Shown: one piece after another, positions 24,018 through 36,503 of the stretch
Position numbering within the stretch: the stretch's first letter is position 1
Layout: every line of letters begins with the position of its first letter
DNA from: Chiloscyllium plagiosum
Lineage: Eukaryota
Direction of reading: 5' to 3'
NCBI RefSeq assembly: GCF_004010195.1
Contig: NC_057719.1
Location: forward strand, 13,883,753 to 13,935,472
Length of the DNA: 51,720 nucleotides
Program-made: the position numbers and the translations under genes
Notes under the pieces: model-generated
The model's database searches: none
What the model saw: the letters and a program-made list of their open reading frames with translations, nothing else
What the model was told of the DNA's origin: nothing

Positions 24018-24393
24018 AGGAGAAAGTGAGGACAGCAGATGCTGGAGATCAGGGTCGAAAATGTGGAGCTGGAAAAGCACAGCAGGTCAAGCAGCACCCG
24101 AGGAACAGGAGAGTCGACATTTCAGATATAAGCCCATCATCAGGAATGAGGCTTGTAAGCCAAGGGGTGGTGAGATAATTGGGAGGGGGTGGGGCTGGGA
24201 GAAGTAGCTGAGAATGCGATAGGTAGATGGAGGGGGCGTTATGGTGATAGGTCGGAGGAAATAGTGGAACGAACAGATGGGAAGGAAGATGGACAGGTGG
24301 CGCGGTGTCAAGTTGGAAGGTTGGATCTGGGATAAGGTAGGGGGAAGGGTAATGAGGAAACTGGTGAAATCCATATTAATCTCATGTGGTTGG
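24018..24393 (-). mobile_element. Family B PLE 3' end, inserted in a DeuSINE-like element (~23965-24560)
   Basis: Includes the ORF end (MDFTSFLITLPPTLSQ, cf. 7900-7960), the pLTR and a decayed HHR; repeated AGTCAAC flanks. Confidence 0.8.
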
Positions 24394-25149
24394 AGTCAAC
24401 CACATTGCTGGAGTCTGGAGTCACATATCAGCCAAACCAGTTAGGGACAGCAGTTTCTGTCCCTAAAGGACATGAAAGAACCAGATTTTTTGTTTGCAAT
24501 AAACAACAATGATTTCCATGACCATCATCTGATTCTTAAAGCCAGGCTTTTTAAATTGAATTAATCTGTCTTAGCAAAATTTAAATGTTATGGAGGATCT
24601 TAAAGGAGAAGGAGTAGAGTGTCTCACTGGTTTAGCAGAGGATTGCCATGCAGGTCAGATACTACACTTGGAGATGAGGGAGAAAGAGTTGCACAAGAGA
24701 CCAGACTCAGAGGACTAGGGAACTTGTGGGGGATGTGCACCTGGAGAACATCAGGAGGATCGGGAAAAGATAAGCCATGAAGAGATCTAAACACATAGAT
24801 ATGAAGTTAATCATTTCAGTTACTGGGGACTTGAGCTAATGTATGTCAGCGGGTACATGGATGAGGGAGAGCAGGACTCGGTGTAGAATAGGATGGGGCA
24901 GCCGTTGAAATGTGCAGAGAGTAGTTGATGGAGACTGGCCCAGGAGCTTTGGAAAGGTTGAAGCAGGCAGTGATAAATGTGAGTTACAGTAACTGATGGG
25001 CTGATGGAAAGGCTGGGAGTGAACAATGTTAGACACTGTGCATCTTCATTGATGGCGTGGGGTGGGAAAGGAACAAAACCTTTTTTCCATAATGGCATGG
25101 GTCAACTCCAAACCTTGTGAAAGCAACGTGCCCTCCACTGGACTTATGG

Positions 25150-25412
25150 TGATGGTGGCGGTAGTTCCTGAGCCGGGACTCCTTGTGGCAGTAGGCCAGG
25201 AGCCTAGATTCTTGACAGTGGTAGGCTGAGAGCCAGGACTCCTGGTGTCAATAGACTAAGATCCTGGATTCATAGTGGGTGCCGAGCCTGGAGGCTGGAC
25301 TCCTGGTGGCAGTAGGCCACGAACCTGGATACTCGTTGGTGGTGGTGCCCAGAGCAGGGATTCCTGGTGGCGGTAGGCCAAGTGCTTGAATTCTTCTTTG
25401 TGGCGGTAAGGT
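25150..25412. repeat. Diverged ~30-bp GC-rich minisatellite (GGTGGCRGTAGGCCNNGAGCCNGGACTCCT), about 8-9 units
   Basis: Recurrent GTGGC(A/G)GTAGGCC and GGA(C/T)TCCT motifs at ~30-bp spacing. Confidence 0.7.
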
Positions 25413-25661
25413 GAGAGCAGTGGCAGTAAAGCTGGGGTCTCCTGGTTTTGAAGGGACTTTATGTATCAATATCTATCAGTGATGGCTATGGACAGCCTGT
25501 GTGAATCAGTGTAGGAACATTGGAAACATTGGACCTGGATGATCAATCAGTGATGCTTATGGAGGCCTCTCTTATTCAGAGACAATTCCATAATCTCACC
25601 ATTGGCAATAATAAATAATTCATCTATACAAAATGAATCGTAAGTGTCATTATCTTTCCAC

Positions 25662-25856
25662 ATAGCGAGTTTTGAGAAGATTTGTAGCTCTGGTTGAGGT
25701 TTTGGATGTAGGTTTGCTTGCTGAGCTGGAAGGTTCATTTCCAGGCGTTTCGTTACCTTACTAGGTAACATCTTCAGTGGACCTCATGCGAAGCAATGCT
25801 GAAAATTCCTGCTTTCTATTTATATGTTTTGGTTTCTTTGGGTTGGTGATGTCATG
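25662..25856 (-). mobile_element. Family C PLE fragment with hammerhead motif
   Basis: Minus strand CCA-CTGAAGA-T-GTTACC-tagtaa-GGTAAC-GAAA-CG-CC-TGG at ~25741-25780. Confidence 0.75.
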
Positions 25857-25869
25857 ATATCACCACCCT

Positions 25870-26040
25870 CATACCACCACATACCACCCTCTGCCCCTGA
25901 GGTCCCCTTTAAATTTTTCCCCTCTCACCCCAAACCTATGCTCTGTATTTTTGGACTCCCCCACCCCAGAGAAAATATCTTGTCTATTCACCCTATCCAA
26001 GCCCCTCATAATTTTATAAACCTCTGTAAGGTCACCCCTT
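25870..26040 (-). mobile_element. CR1 fragment
   Basis: RGDLTEVYKIMRGLDRVN. Confidence 0.8.
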
Positions 26041-26664
26041 TCTTTAGATTTTTTAACCGTTATGTTCATCATAGAGAGAGGTGCAAATCGAAAATATTTA
26101 TTATTTCAGAGCTGGATGGAATATCTTCCTTTCAAAATGTCACAGACTGAGCAATATTTTTCTTGCTCATGGACAGCTAGCTGGCTTAAAAAAACACCAG
26201 TCGATCCTTCAGATCGGCATGTTGTACATTTTCAGTTTCCAGCCTTTAATTTTCTGTTTCAATTTAGGAGACAATTTCAGTCAGTGATGGTCAAGGAGTA
26301 GACAGGGGCACAGATAAATGTTTCATGTTGTCCAGGCAGTGCAAAATATTGTCAGCTCATGTTTAAACAAGTTACATTTTGTGGATGATATCCAACTAGA
26401 GAACATTCCGAAATATGCAGGCTCCTATCCTGTGAATTCTCATTTACTTATCAACACACCACAGCCCACCAATATACCATTTCTCATATTTAATGGAATA
26501 TTTTAGAATAGCAAATAGCTAGAGGAAACTACTGGTAAAGCCAGAAATCTTAAATAAAATCAAAAGTTGCTGGAAGCACTGGAAAAGCCAATGAAACTCT
26601 TAATAAAAAAATTAAAGTTGATGGCGCCTCATCAAGTCAGCAACAGGTTGTATTTATAAAGAAA

Positions 26665-27225
26665 ATATACTGTGGAAGGTGGAAATCTGAAACAAAAGGA
26701 GAAGCTGCTGGAGAAACTCAGCAGGTTTGAGCACATCTGTGGAGAGAGAAACCGAATTAATGTTTCGAGTCTGAAATGACTCTTCTTCTGAAGTGCAAGG
26801 GGCTGGAGAATGATGGTGTTGGCAGAGGTGGGAAAGGAGTGAGTGGAACAGGTGATCAGGGGGCCTAGAGCAAAAGATAATAGAGTGCTAAAGGTGGGAA
26901 AGGAGTGAAGGAGATGTAAAATTACATCTTTACAATCACACCACTTTACATTGGCAGCTATTTTACACCTCTATCCCTCCTTCGCCACCATTGCACTCCC
27001 TTCGTCTTTCCCTCTGGGCACCATCTTTTCCACTCACTCCTCTGCTGCCCATGGCATATTATTGTTTATTCACTCACTAACAGTCTAAGAACGCCACTGA
27101 CTACAAACCACCATTTTGAAGCCCCTTTCGGCTCTGAAAAAGAGACATATCAGGCTCGAAACATTAACTCTGTCCAGAGATGCTGCCAGATCTGATGAGT
27201 TTCTCTAGCAATTTCTTCATTTCCT
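26665..27225. mobile_element. Old fold-back PLE derivative, family D
   Basis: 26705-26790 is inverted relative to 27130-27215; decayed HHR cores (GAAGAAGAGTCatttcaGACTCGAAACATT on -, CTGAAAAAGAGACatatcaGGCTCGAAACATT on +). Confidence 0.6.
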
Positions 27226-27329
27226 TTTTGCATTTATAAATCATCTTTCACATAACAACATCTGTCAAGGCTGTTCATGGAGCCTTTGTCAATCAAACTA
27301 TGATGTAAGAAGATAAGCAAATGCATATT

Positions 27330-28072
27330 TGTTATGGACCAGGCCAGACCCCCTCAAAACATTTCAAAGAAGCAGTCTGGACCTTAACCATGCTAGCTGT
27401 TTTAAGCAGGTGTAGAGTGGATATCCCAGGAGGGATGCAGTTGTTCAAACCACTTGGTTTTAAACAAAATAGAATTTATTTACAAGATTACCGAATGAGA
27501 CACAAACAAAAGAGAGCAGAATACAGACTAACTTAACCTATCCAAAATCCCAGCAGATTATGATTCCTGAAGAAAGGCTTATGTCTGAAATGCTCCTCGG
27601 ATGCTGCCTGGCCTGCTGTGCTTTGCCAGCACATTTTTCAACTCCCAGCAGATTATCCCAACTTAACACTGCCGTTCCAAATACTTGCAACAATCCCCAT
27701 AAACATTCCTTGCCACAAAAGGTAAAATCAAACACAGGGTCTTACAGGAGAGAAATCAAAGAGAGGGACCAGCCTGGACTTGCTTCTTCCATGTGGCTGT
27801 TTCTTGGGCCATCAGCCTCAAAGCTAGCTGCCTGCTTTCAGGGAATTGCCAGACCACCAAAACCAAACCAAAGCAGAGAAAAGCCGAGCTGGGAGAACTG
27901 GCCACTCCCCTTTCATTATACGAGTGTTTTTTTTAAAAAAAAAACAAACTTGAAAGTCTTTTCCAGAGGCAGCATCTGTTAGCAAAAACCAAATTGGCCC
28001 TAGAGGTCTTTATGACCTCCTGAAAAGAAAATAAGCACAGCTTCACCTTGTTAAAGGAGCAGCGTTATCACG
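27330..28072. mobile_element. Solo LTR (4-bp TSD, Gypsy/ERV-like)
   Basis: Begins TGTTATG and ends TTATCACG (decayed CA); TSD TATT at 27326-27329 and 28073-28076; terminus repeated at ~32064-32090. Confidence 0.65.
27562..27642 (+). mobile_element. 81-bp family B PLE remnant inside the LTR
   Basis: 14-bp TSD TCCCAGCAGATTAT at 27548-27561 and 27643-27656. Confidence 0.8.
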
Positions 28073-29279
28073 TATTAGACCAGCTAACCAAAGGCTTGTT
28101 CAGAGATATTGATTCCAGGGCAAGTGAAAGAAAAAGAGAGGAGGTAGAGAAATGGTTAGGCAGGGAACCCCAGAGTTTAGGACTTATAAACTTGAAAGAA
28201 AATGAAAAAAAAATCAGTTTTGTAAAAAAGGCCAGAAATGGAAGAGCATGGAGATGTCAGAACATTGTTTGACTGGAGGACATTAGAAAGATAACAAGTG
28301 AGTCAGGGTGGTTTCAGTCAAGTTAGTACCAGACCAGAAGCCAAGTAGAAGATTGACTGAGAGTTGGTATGAGTTACAACACAATCAGCACACTTTAGTT
28401 AGCTGGGTGCTCAGCAAGAGTACTAAAGAAATCACTGACAGCTAACGCACAATGTAGTGTTTCAGCCTGAACAAATTCTTTGTTGAAGAACTGATCTCTG
28501 AGTAAATCAGTGCCAGATTACTTTTGAGAACTCCAGTCCTCTGAGGTCATTATCGGTGTTATTTCTGAAGAGAGACTGACACAGCTGAATTCGTATCATT
28601 GGAGGGAGACAAGATTAAAGTTACTTTTGTACTGCTCCTTTGTCATGTTAGAATAACAGCCAGTTCTAAGCTTCCACAATGCTGATTACAGCATCAAAAT
28701 AAACCTGCCAGATTTAAATAAGAACATTTACCAAGAATTGAACAAGTTGACCTTGTGTTGGTCCAGTATCATTGACTTTCTGAAATGCCTTCGAAGCCAG
28801 TGGCATTATAGCAATATAAAAACAGTTGTACACAATCCAAGATTTGAAAATGCTAAAAGGCATGAATAGGATGGGTGGAGGGAGCTTATTTAGGTTAAAA
28901 CTGAGCACACAATCAGTCATATGTAGAGAATTCAAAAGCTTCACACAAGCTTGGAAACTAAAGTGCTTCTTTTCTGAACTGTAGAGTAGGCATCTAAGAA
29001 TAGGGTTCTATAAGATTATTAGAAACATAGAAAATAAGTGCAATAGTCGGCCATTCAGCCCTTTAAGCCTGCACTACCATTCAATATGATCATGGTTGAT
29101 TCCTAGGATGGTGGATATCTAGATGTTGTGGTCAACCTAGCAGTTTTGATTGTCAAGGATTGCCTGGCTTCCAAACCCTGTTATGAATATGCAGAGTAGG
29201 CATCAACATTAAGAACAGTATTTTGGGATGGAATTATGCTGTGGCCTTAATATATGAACACTGTAGGAATGTAAGGAGA

Positions 29280-30730
29280 TAGGAACACCGGACATGAGTG
29301 CAAGACTAGGTCATTTGGTCCTTCAAAACTGCTTCACCATTCAAAGCAATCATGGCTGATGTGGCTGTGATTTCAATACACCTTTCCCGTCTGTTCAGCG
29401 GAACACCAGGCTCTCTTGCCAACCGAATATCTATTTGCCTTAATAATTGCAATGACCAGCCTTCACTGTTTGCTGGTGAAGGAAACTCCACAAACTATAA
29501 ATGCTCTGAGAGAGAAAAAGAATTCTCCTCATGTTCGACTTTAAAGTGGGGCCTATTAATCTTTGATCAGTCCCCCATCTCTAGTTTCTCCTAAAAAGGC
29601 GAAGCATCATCTCAGAATTAATCCTATCAGATCTTCTCAGGATCTTATGTGGGTGAAGGGACGACTCTTTAGAGCTGAGATGAAGAGGAATTTCTTCAGC
29701 TAGAGGGTGGTTAATCTGTGGAAATCATTGCCACAGAGAGCTACGGAGCCACGTTACTGAGTATATTTAAGGCAAAGATACTTAGGCTATTGATTAGTAA
29801 GGGGATTGAGGGTTACTGGGAGTAGGCAGGAGAAAGAGGTAACAAAACATATCAGCCATGGTCGAATGGCGGAGCTGACTCGTTGGGCCGAATGGCCTAA
29901 TTCTGCTTCTATATCTTATGGTCAGATGATATTATGGTGTTCAATCTTTCATTCTGCTAAACTCCAATAGGTAAAGGCCAAACCTGTACATCCTTTCCTC
30001 ATAAGATGAGCTTTTTAACCTAACAATGAGCCAAGTGAAACTTCATTGAAATGCTTCTAATGAAATTGCTATCCATCCTTTTACAAATAAATGAACTAAG
30101 ATTGTACCCAATTTTCTGGATATGACCTCACCAAGGCTCAGTTCAGTTGCAGTAAAATGACCTTACCTGTATTCCATTCTCCTTGCAATAAACATTCCAT
30201 TAACCTTCCTAATCACTTTCTGTACCTCTGAATTGACACTTTGTGATTCATGCACCAGGCCACCCAGGTCTCTCGCTGTACCTCTGAGTTCTGCAATCTC
30301 TTTCCACTTAAATAGAAACAGCTTTCCCAGTCTTCCTGCCAAAGTGGATAAATTCACATTTATCCACATTACATATCATCTGCCAAATTTGTGTCCCCTC
30401 ATTAAACTTGTCTGTATCACTTTACAGTCTCCCTCTCTTTACTTCCACATGAAAATGTGCTTCATTGGCTACGTTGGTGTCAATGGCACTGATCCCTGTG
30501 ACACTTCACCAGTTATCATTTACCAACCCAAAAGAAATACCACTCATCTCTACTCTGCTTCCTTTTAGCTAACCAATCCTTTATCCATGCCAATATGTTA
30601 CTTCTCACACCCTGAACCCTTGTCTTGTGAAGTAACCTTTGATGTGGCACCTTATTAAATGCTTTTTGCAAATCCAAGTACGCCACAGTGACAGGTTCCC
30701 TTTTATCGATCTTGCTTGTATTCCCTCAAA
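29280..30730 (-). mobile_element. Old CR1 LINE (-) with a nested CR1 3' end (+, ~29650-29925)
   Basis: Minus-strand remnants (DLGGLVHESQSV..; GSVPLTP and LDLQKAFNKVPHQRL near 30480-30680). Confidence 0.65.
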
Positions 30731-31079
30731 AACTCGAAAAAATTAGCTTTGCATTCTTATAAACTTTGCAGTGTACCAACGTTCATGAGATTTATGCTTC
30801 CCTTAAAATGGACTTCAAAGAAATGCAATGTCAATGCATTTAAATATCACTCTATATAATTTCATCCCAATTACGAGGCAATTAAAATCAAAGCACAAAC
30901 AGAAAGCATCCTTGCAATGTGTCAAAATGATATATTTAACAACATCTGTCCAAAAACGTACTGTATATTTGATTTTAAAGCAGAATAAGTTGAGAGTTTT
31001 AAAATATATTTTTCAAGTTAGAATTATAGAATGATTAAAAGGAAGCCATTCAGTTCATCAAGTTCGTCCGTGCTCTCTG

Positions 31080-31525
31080 TTCACTCCAGGCTCTTGAAGG
31101 AATGATAGCGTCGGCAATAAGGACAGCAGAGGATCCCAACAATGATGGCAGTGGCTGGAGTAACGTCAGATGAGGAACAGGTGGGACAAAACCTGTGCAG
31201 CCCCAGGTTCACGGCTCTGGCCCGGGCGCAACAGTCGTGATTGTTGGAGAGGTGGAGGTCCACAGTTGGGACTCCAGAACCTGTTGCAGGGATCCAGGAG
31301 CCTATTGCAGTGACTCCAGCCGATGTCAAACAGTGACTGGAGGAGCAGCGGAGGGGGAACAAGAAGGAGAGAGAGAGAGAGACGAACTCGATTGCAGTAA
31401 AATCTTACATCACGTTCAGTGTTTCAAGATGGCGCCGGAGACTGGCAACACTTGGCATATAACATACAAAAAAACATTTTTCACAATATTTTCTATGTAC
31501 ATGTGATAAAAAAATCAAAATCTAA
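31080..31525 (+). mobile_element. Probable non-autonomous retroposon with Rex1/Babar-like tail
   Basis: GC-rich body ending TTTTTCACAATA..GTACATGTGATAAAAAAATCAAAATC, like the tails at 1240-1272, 3361-3408 (-) and 12950-13016 (-). Confidence 0.4.
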
Positions 31526-31954
31526 TATAGTCTATTGTTTGCCTGTCAACCAACATTTTATATTTCTCTTCAGGTACGTGCCTTCTTGAGAAAGCCTAGT
31601 TGAATCTACCATAATACCAGAGAATATATTTCTGATCAAAAACACTCACTGTATCACCTCATGTCACATAGAACAGTACAGTACAGGCCCTTCAGCCCTC
31701 AATGTTGTGCTGGCCTTTTATCTTATTCTAAGATGAGACTAACCTATATACTCTTCATTGTACTAACTTCCATGTGCCAACTTCCATGTCATAGTAGCTT
31801 CTTTTCCCATTCACCTTCAGTCAGTATTCTCTGGTTCTCAAACGTAGTGCCAGTGGGAACAGCTTCCCTCTGTCTGTTCTATCTTGAACCCTCATGACTC
31901 TGAACACATCTGTCTCACCTCCAAATACTAGCATGCAATCCACACAGTACAGGG

Positions 31955-32058
31955 CATGAAGAGTGTGGTGCTGGAAAAGCATATCTGGTCAGCAGCATCC
32001 GAGGAGCAGGAGAGTCGATGTTTCGAGCATCAGGAATTCCTCTTCATCAGGAATTCAG
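31955..32058 (-). mobile_element. Family B PLE fragment
   Basis: GTGGTGCTGGAAAAGC..GAGCAGGAGAGTCGATGTTTCG; duplicated CATCAGGAATTC at the end. Confidence 0.7.
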
Positions 32059-32659
32059 GACACTGTGATGAAGCTGCTCCCTTAACAAGGTTCTGTTGTT
32101 CTGGGTTTTTTTTTCAGAGAGCAGCTCCGTCATAATGCATTCTCTGAAAACAAAAGTAACACGTCTCACTCAGCATTGTACATTTTTTTCAATCACGCAG
32201 GAGTTTGGAAGCCTATTGTCTTGTATGGCTTTCATTGTGACAATGCCTCAACCAATTAGTTGACTTGACAACTAATGAGCATTAATTTCTCCTGTATAAT
32301 TTGCTGTGATCATTGGAAACTTGGAGTTGCATTTATCTAGACGAGTGCAAAATGAAAAGCTTCTGTTAAGTGTCTCTGCAGTAATATTCCTACATTGAGA
32401 CTTTTTCTTTCTCAAAATAACATGGTAAGAAAGCATTATGTTTGCATTTTTCATTTCGAAATACTCTAGGACTGTTTTAATTGGAAATGGTCACAACAGG
32501 CATCAGTCAAATGAATGCAAGGGTGATATTTTCTAACTTTGTTTGTAAGATAAATGATCACCCATCTTACATCTGAAGATTTAATCCAAAATGTAAAGGG
32601 TTTTCTTCAATTGCATGATCAATATTGTTGTGTTTTTGTCCTGTCAGAAATAAATTGTG

Positions 32660-32963
32660 TGGGCAGCACGGTGGCACAGTGGTTAGCACTGCTGCCTCAC
32701 AGCGTCAGGAGACTCGGGTTCAATTCCCGCCTCAGGTGACTGACTGTGTGGAGTTTGCACGTTCTCCCCGTGTCTGTGTGGGTTTCCTCCGGGTGCTCCG
32801 GTTTCCCCCCACAGTCCAAAGATGCGCAGGTCAGGTGAATTGGCCATGCTAAATTGCCCGTAGTGTTAGGTAAGGGGTAAACGTATGGGTGGGTTACGCT
32901 TCGGCGGGTTGGTGTGGACTTGTTGGGCCGAAGGGTCTGTTTCCACACTGTAATGTAATCTAA
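32660..32963 (+). mobile_element. Full-length, young-looking HE1-like SINE
   Basis: CpGs retained; A and B boxes and tail present. Confidence 0.9.
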
Positions 32964-33256
32964 TTTACAAGAATAGAACAATTTTTTCAAGTTTCAACAT
33001 TGATTTTTGCTAGATTTTGTTTTGACAAGTCTCCTTTGGTATTTTTGTGAAGTTAATTCATTCATTAAAATACAGTCTCCAATAAAATCTGACAGTCCAG
33101 ATATGAAGTCTCCTGACCTCCCGCTCATCTTGCACATGGTGCTAGTGTGTGTATGAAGCTGAAGATCCTGGAACTCTGTTCCACAGAGTGATAATGTGAA
33201 CTTGTTATCTTGTCTGCCACCGTGAAGGAATATTGAACAGACTCCTTACTTCAAGA

Positions 33257-33560
33257 GGACAGCACGGTGGCTCAGTGATTAGCACTGCTGCCTCACAGCG
33301 CCAGGGACCCAGATTCGATTCCAGCCGTGGGTGACTGCATGGAATTTGCATGCTCTCCCATGTCTGTGTGGGTTTCCTCTGGGTGCTGCAGTTTCCTCCC
33401 ATTGTCTAAAGATCTGTAGGCTAGATGGATTAGCCATGGGGAATACAATGTTACAAGGATAGGATAGGATGTGGATCTGGGTGGGATGCTCTTCGGAGGG
33501 TCAGTGTGGACTCAATGGGCAGGATGGCCTGTTCCACACAGTAGGGATTCAATGATCCTA
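33257..33560 (+). mobile_element. HE1-like SINE
   Basis: Head, body and tail. Confidence 0.85.
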
Positions 33561-33872
33561 TCATGATTGTAACACATATTCCAGAACTAAGAATGTTCCT
33601 AGCCAGGTTTAGTGAAGTACACAGCCATCCACCTTCCAATGTGGAAAATTGCCCTGTTCACTAAGAACAAGGTAAATCAAATGACTGCCCCATCTATCTA
33701 TTCTCAATCATCAACAAAGTGATGTATGGTACTATTAACAGTGAAATCAAATGGCCATATACAGCAATTATCTGCTTGCTGAGTCTCAGCTTGTGTTCCA
33801 CTGGAGCCACATTAAAAATGCAAAGAGGTGAGCTAAGAAAGGCTGTCTCTGGCAGCAAAGCAATGCCTGAAT

Positions 33873-34015
33873 AAGGAGAAAGTGAGGACTGCCGATGCTG
33901 GAGAGTCAGAGTCAAAAAGGGTGGTGCTGGAAAAGCACAGCAGGTCAGGCAGCATCTGAGGTGCAGGAGAATCATTGTTTCAGGCTGAAGCCCTTCATCA
34001 GGAATCCTTCATCAG
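33873..34015 (-). mobile_element. Family B PLE single pLTR
   Basis: AGGAGAAAGTGAGGACTGC..CCCTTCATCAGGAAT; duplicated CCTTCATCAG at the end. Confidence 0.75.
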
Positions 34016-34342
34016 TAGAAATAAGAACATGAGTAGGTCATGTAGCCCTTCAAGCCTGCTCTCCATTCAATAGGATTATGGCTGATCAATATTCCTTACA
34101 TTAATTTAACTGACCACTTGAACTAACCCTGAATGTGAGCATGAGATGATGATGTATGTAAGACAAGAACCATTTCCCCGGAAATATCATTGGATTAACC
34201 TGCTGTCAATCATGTCACCTTATCATATTTGATTGGTCTTTTCTTGTAATTAAGGCTGTGCTGTCTCATAAAAAAACATATAAAAATTGCTTATTGTTCA
34301 ATTGTAATTGCTCAATTTCATCACAGAACACAGAAGTCTTGT

Positions 34343-34613
34343 GGCAGTGGCATGGTGGCTCAATGGTTAGCACTGCTGCCTCACAGTACCAGGATCCCAG
34401 GTTCAATTCCAGCCTTGGGTGACTGTCTGTGTGGAGTTTGCATGTTCTCCCCATGTCTGTGTGGCTTTCCTCCCACAGTCACAAAGATGTACAGGTCAGG
34501 TGAATTGGCCATGTTAGGTACGTTGGTTAGATGGGAAATGGGTCTGGGTGGGTTACTCTTTGGTGGGTAGGTTTGGGCTGAAAGGCCTGTTCCCACACTG
34601 TAGGGAATCTAAT
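34343..34613 (+). mobile_element. HE1-like SINE
   Basis: Head, body and tail. Confidence 0.9.
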
Positions 34614-34919
34614 CGTTAACCTCTGTGTTGCTGGACAAAACTGTGCCAGACTGCCTGATTTTATTAAATTGGTAACCTTGTTTTATAGACCGCATTCCAT
34701 TGATTCTTTTGACCGAACGTGAAACCAAGAGGTCCCTCCTGGAATCTAGATCTTCATTCTTTCCATCCATTTCTCTGTAACCCTTAATTCCTCAACTGAT
34801 TAAGAATCTATCTACTTCAGCCTTAATATTTACAAGGACTTTACCTCCCCAGCTTTATCATGATGATAACAGGAATTTCTACTGATGGCTGCTGTATTTA
34901 GAACTGTTCACAAATCCAC

Positions 34920-35880
34920 AGATACTGAAGGGTTCCAAATCTACATCTAGCAAGACCTGGGCAACATTCAGACTTGAGCTGCTAAGTGGCACTGTCTCTG
35001 CATAAGGTCAGGCAACGGCTCTCTCCAAAGGGAGAGATTCTAACCACCTCTCCATGATGTCCAACAACATTGGAGCGGCATGGTGGCTCAGTGGTTAGGA
35101 CTGCTGCCTCACAGTGCCAGGGACCCGGGTTTAATTCCCGCCTCAGGCAACTGTCTGTGTGGAGTTTGCATATTCTCCCCGTGTCTGCGTGGGTTTGCTC
35201 CAGTTTCCTCCTACAATCCAAAGATGTGCAGGTCAGGTGAATTGGCCGTGCTAAATTGCCCGTACTGTTAGGTGTAGGGGAATGGGTCTGGGTGGGTTGC
35301 TCTTCGGAGGGTCGGCGTGGACTTGTTGGGCCGAAGGGCCTGTTTCCACACTGTAGGGAATCTATAATAATAATAATAATAATTGCACTCACAACCATCA
35401 ATACTCTGAGAGTAAGCGTTGACTAGAAACTCAACTCAAATGCATACTGTAGCTGCAAGAGAAGGCAAGAGAGTTGGAATGCTGTCATGATTATTTCACC
35501 TCCTGAGTCCCCAGAGCCTGTCCACCATCTTCAGGATGATGGAATACTCCTCACTTATGTGGATGGAGTGCGGCTCCAACAGTACTCAGGAAGCTCAGCA
35601 TCACCCAGGCCAAAACAACATACTTGATCAACACTCCATTCAACACCTTAAACATTCACTTCTTATTCCACGACTTCAGTGTGCACTATCGACAAGGTGC
35701 ACTGCAAAATCTTACCAATGTTTCTCCAGCCTACTCTCCACCTTCCTCTAACCTCGATCACCTTGAACGACAAGGAAAGTTGGGGGCTTGTAATCACCCA
35801 CTTACAATTTCTCCACCAAGTCACAATTCATCAGGACTTGGAACTACATTTCTGTTTCTTTGCATCACTGAATCAAAATT
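34920..35880 (+). mobile_element. Degraded CR1/L2-group LINE (second family), interrupted by a SINE
   Basis: CAGCAAGACCTGGGCAACATTCAG-like segment and MMEYSSLMWM; tail resumes at ~36540-36590. Confidence 0.55.
35072..35383 (+). mobile_element. HE1-like SINE followed by (TAA)n
   Basis: Head, body and tail. Confidence 0.9.
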
Positions 35881-36298
35881 GAACTATCAAACAGGCAGTG
35901 CCCCTCTTCTGCAGTTATGTTCGAGATCAGGTGTCCTTGGAGAGGGAGAACGTGGTGTCTACCTTCCCTCTTGATGCCTGTAGGGAGAAGTGGGCACTGT
36001 GGGGGATGGAGTGCTTTACTTGCCCCTCCAATTCTAATTTAATCTCTATCCTCTCCCTTCTTCATGATTTTATCCAGTTTTGCTTGTTACTGGTTCACTG
36101 GGTGTTTTCCTGGTGGTACAAGGTATGGAATAAAGTTTTTGCACAGTGGTCTCTTTCTAAAAGAAAAAAGTAAGCAGCAAGTTCAGAGTCTCTTCACTGT
36201 AGGAACTGACTCCGAGCTGGGCTGGCCACAGCCAGTATCCTGTGGACCAGTAAATAAAAGGTGACTTGGTGACGGAAGGAAAATACAACTATCAAACA

Positions 36299-36503
36299 TG
36301 ATTTGGAGATGCCGGTGTTGGAGTGGGGTGTACAAAATTAAAAATCACACAACATCAGGTTATAGTCCAACAGGTTTAATTGGAAGCACGCTAGCTTTTA
36401 GAGCGACGCTCCTTCATCAGGTGGTTGTTGAAGGAGCAGCGCTCCGAAAGCTAGTGCTTCCAGTTAAACTTATTGGACTATAACCTGGCGTTGTATGATT
36501 TTT
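36299..36503 (-). mobile_element. Family A fold-back PLE
   Basis: Inverted arms around ~36425; TSD AACTATCAAACA at 36287-36298 and 36504-36515. Confidence 0.8.
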
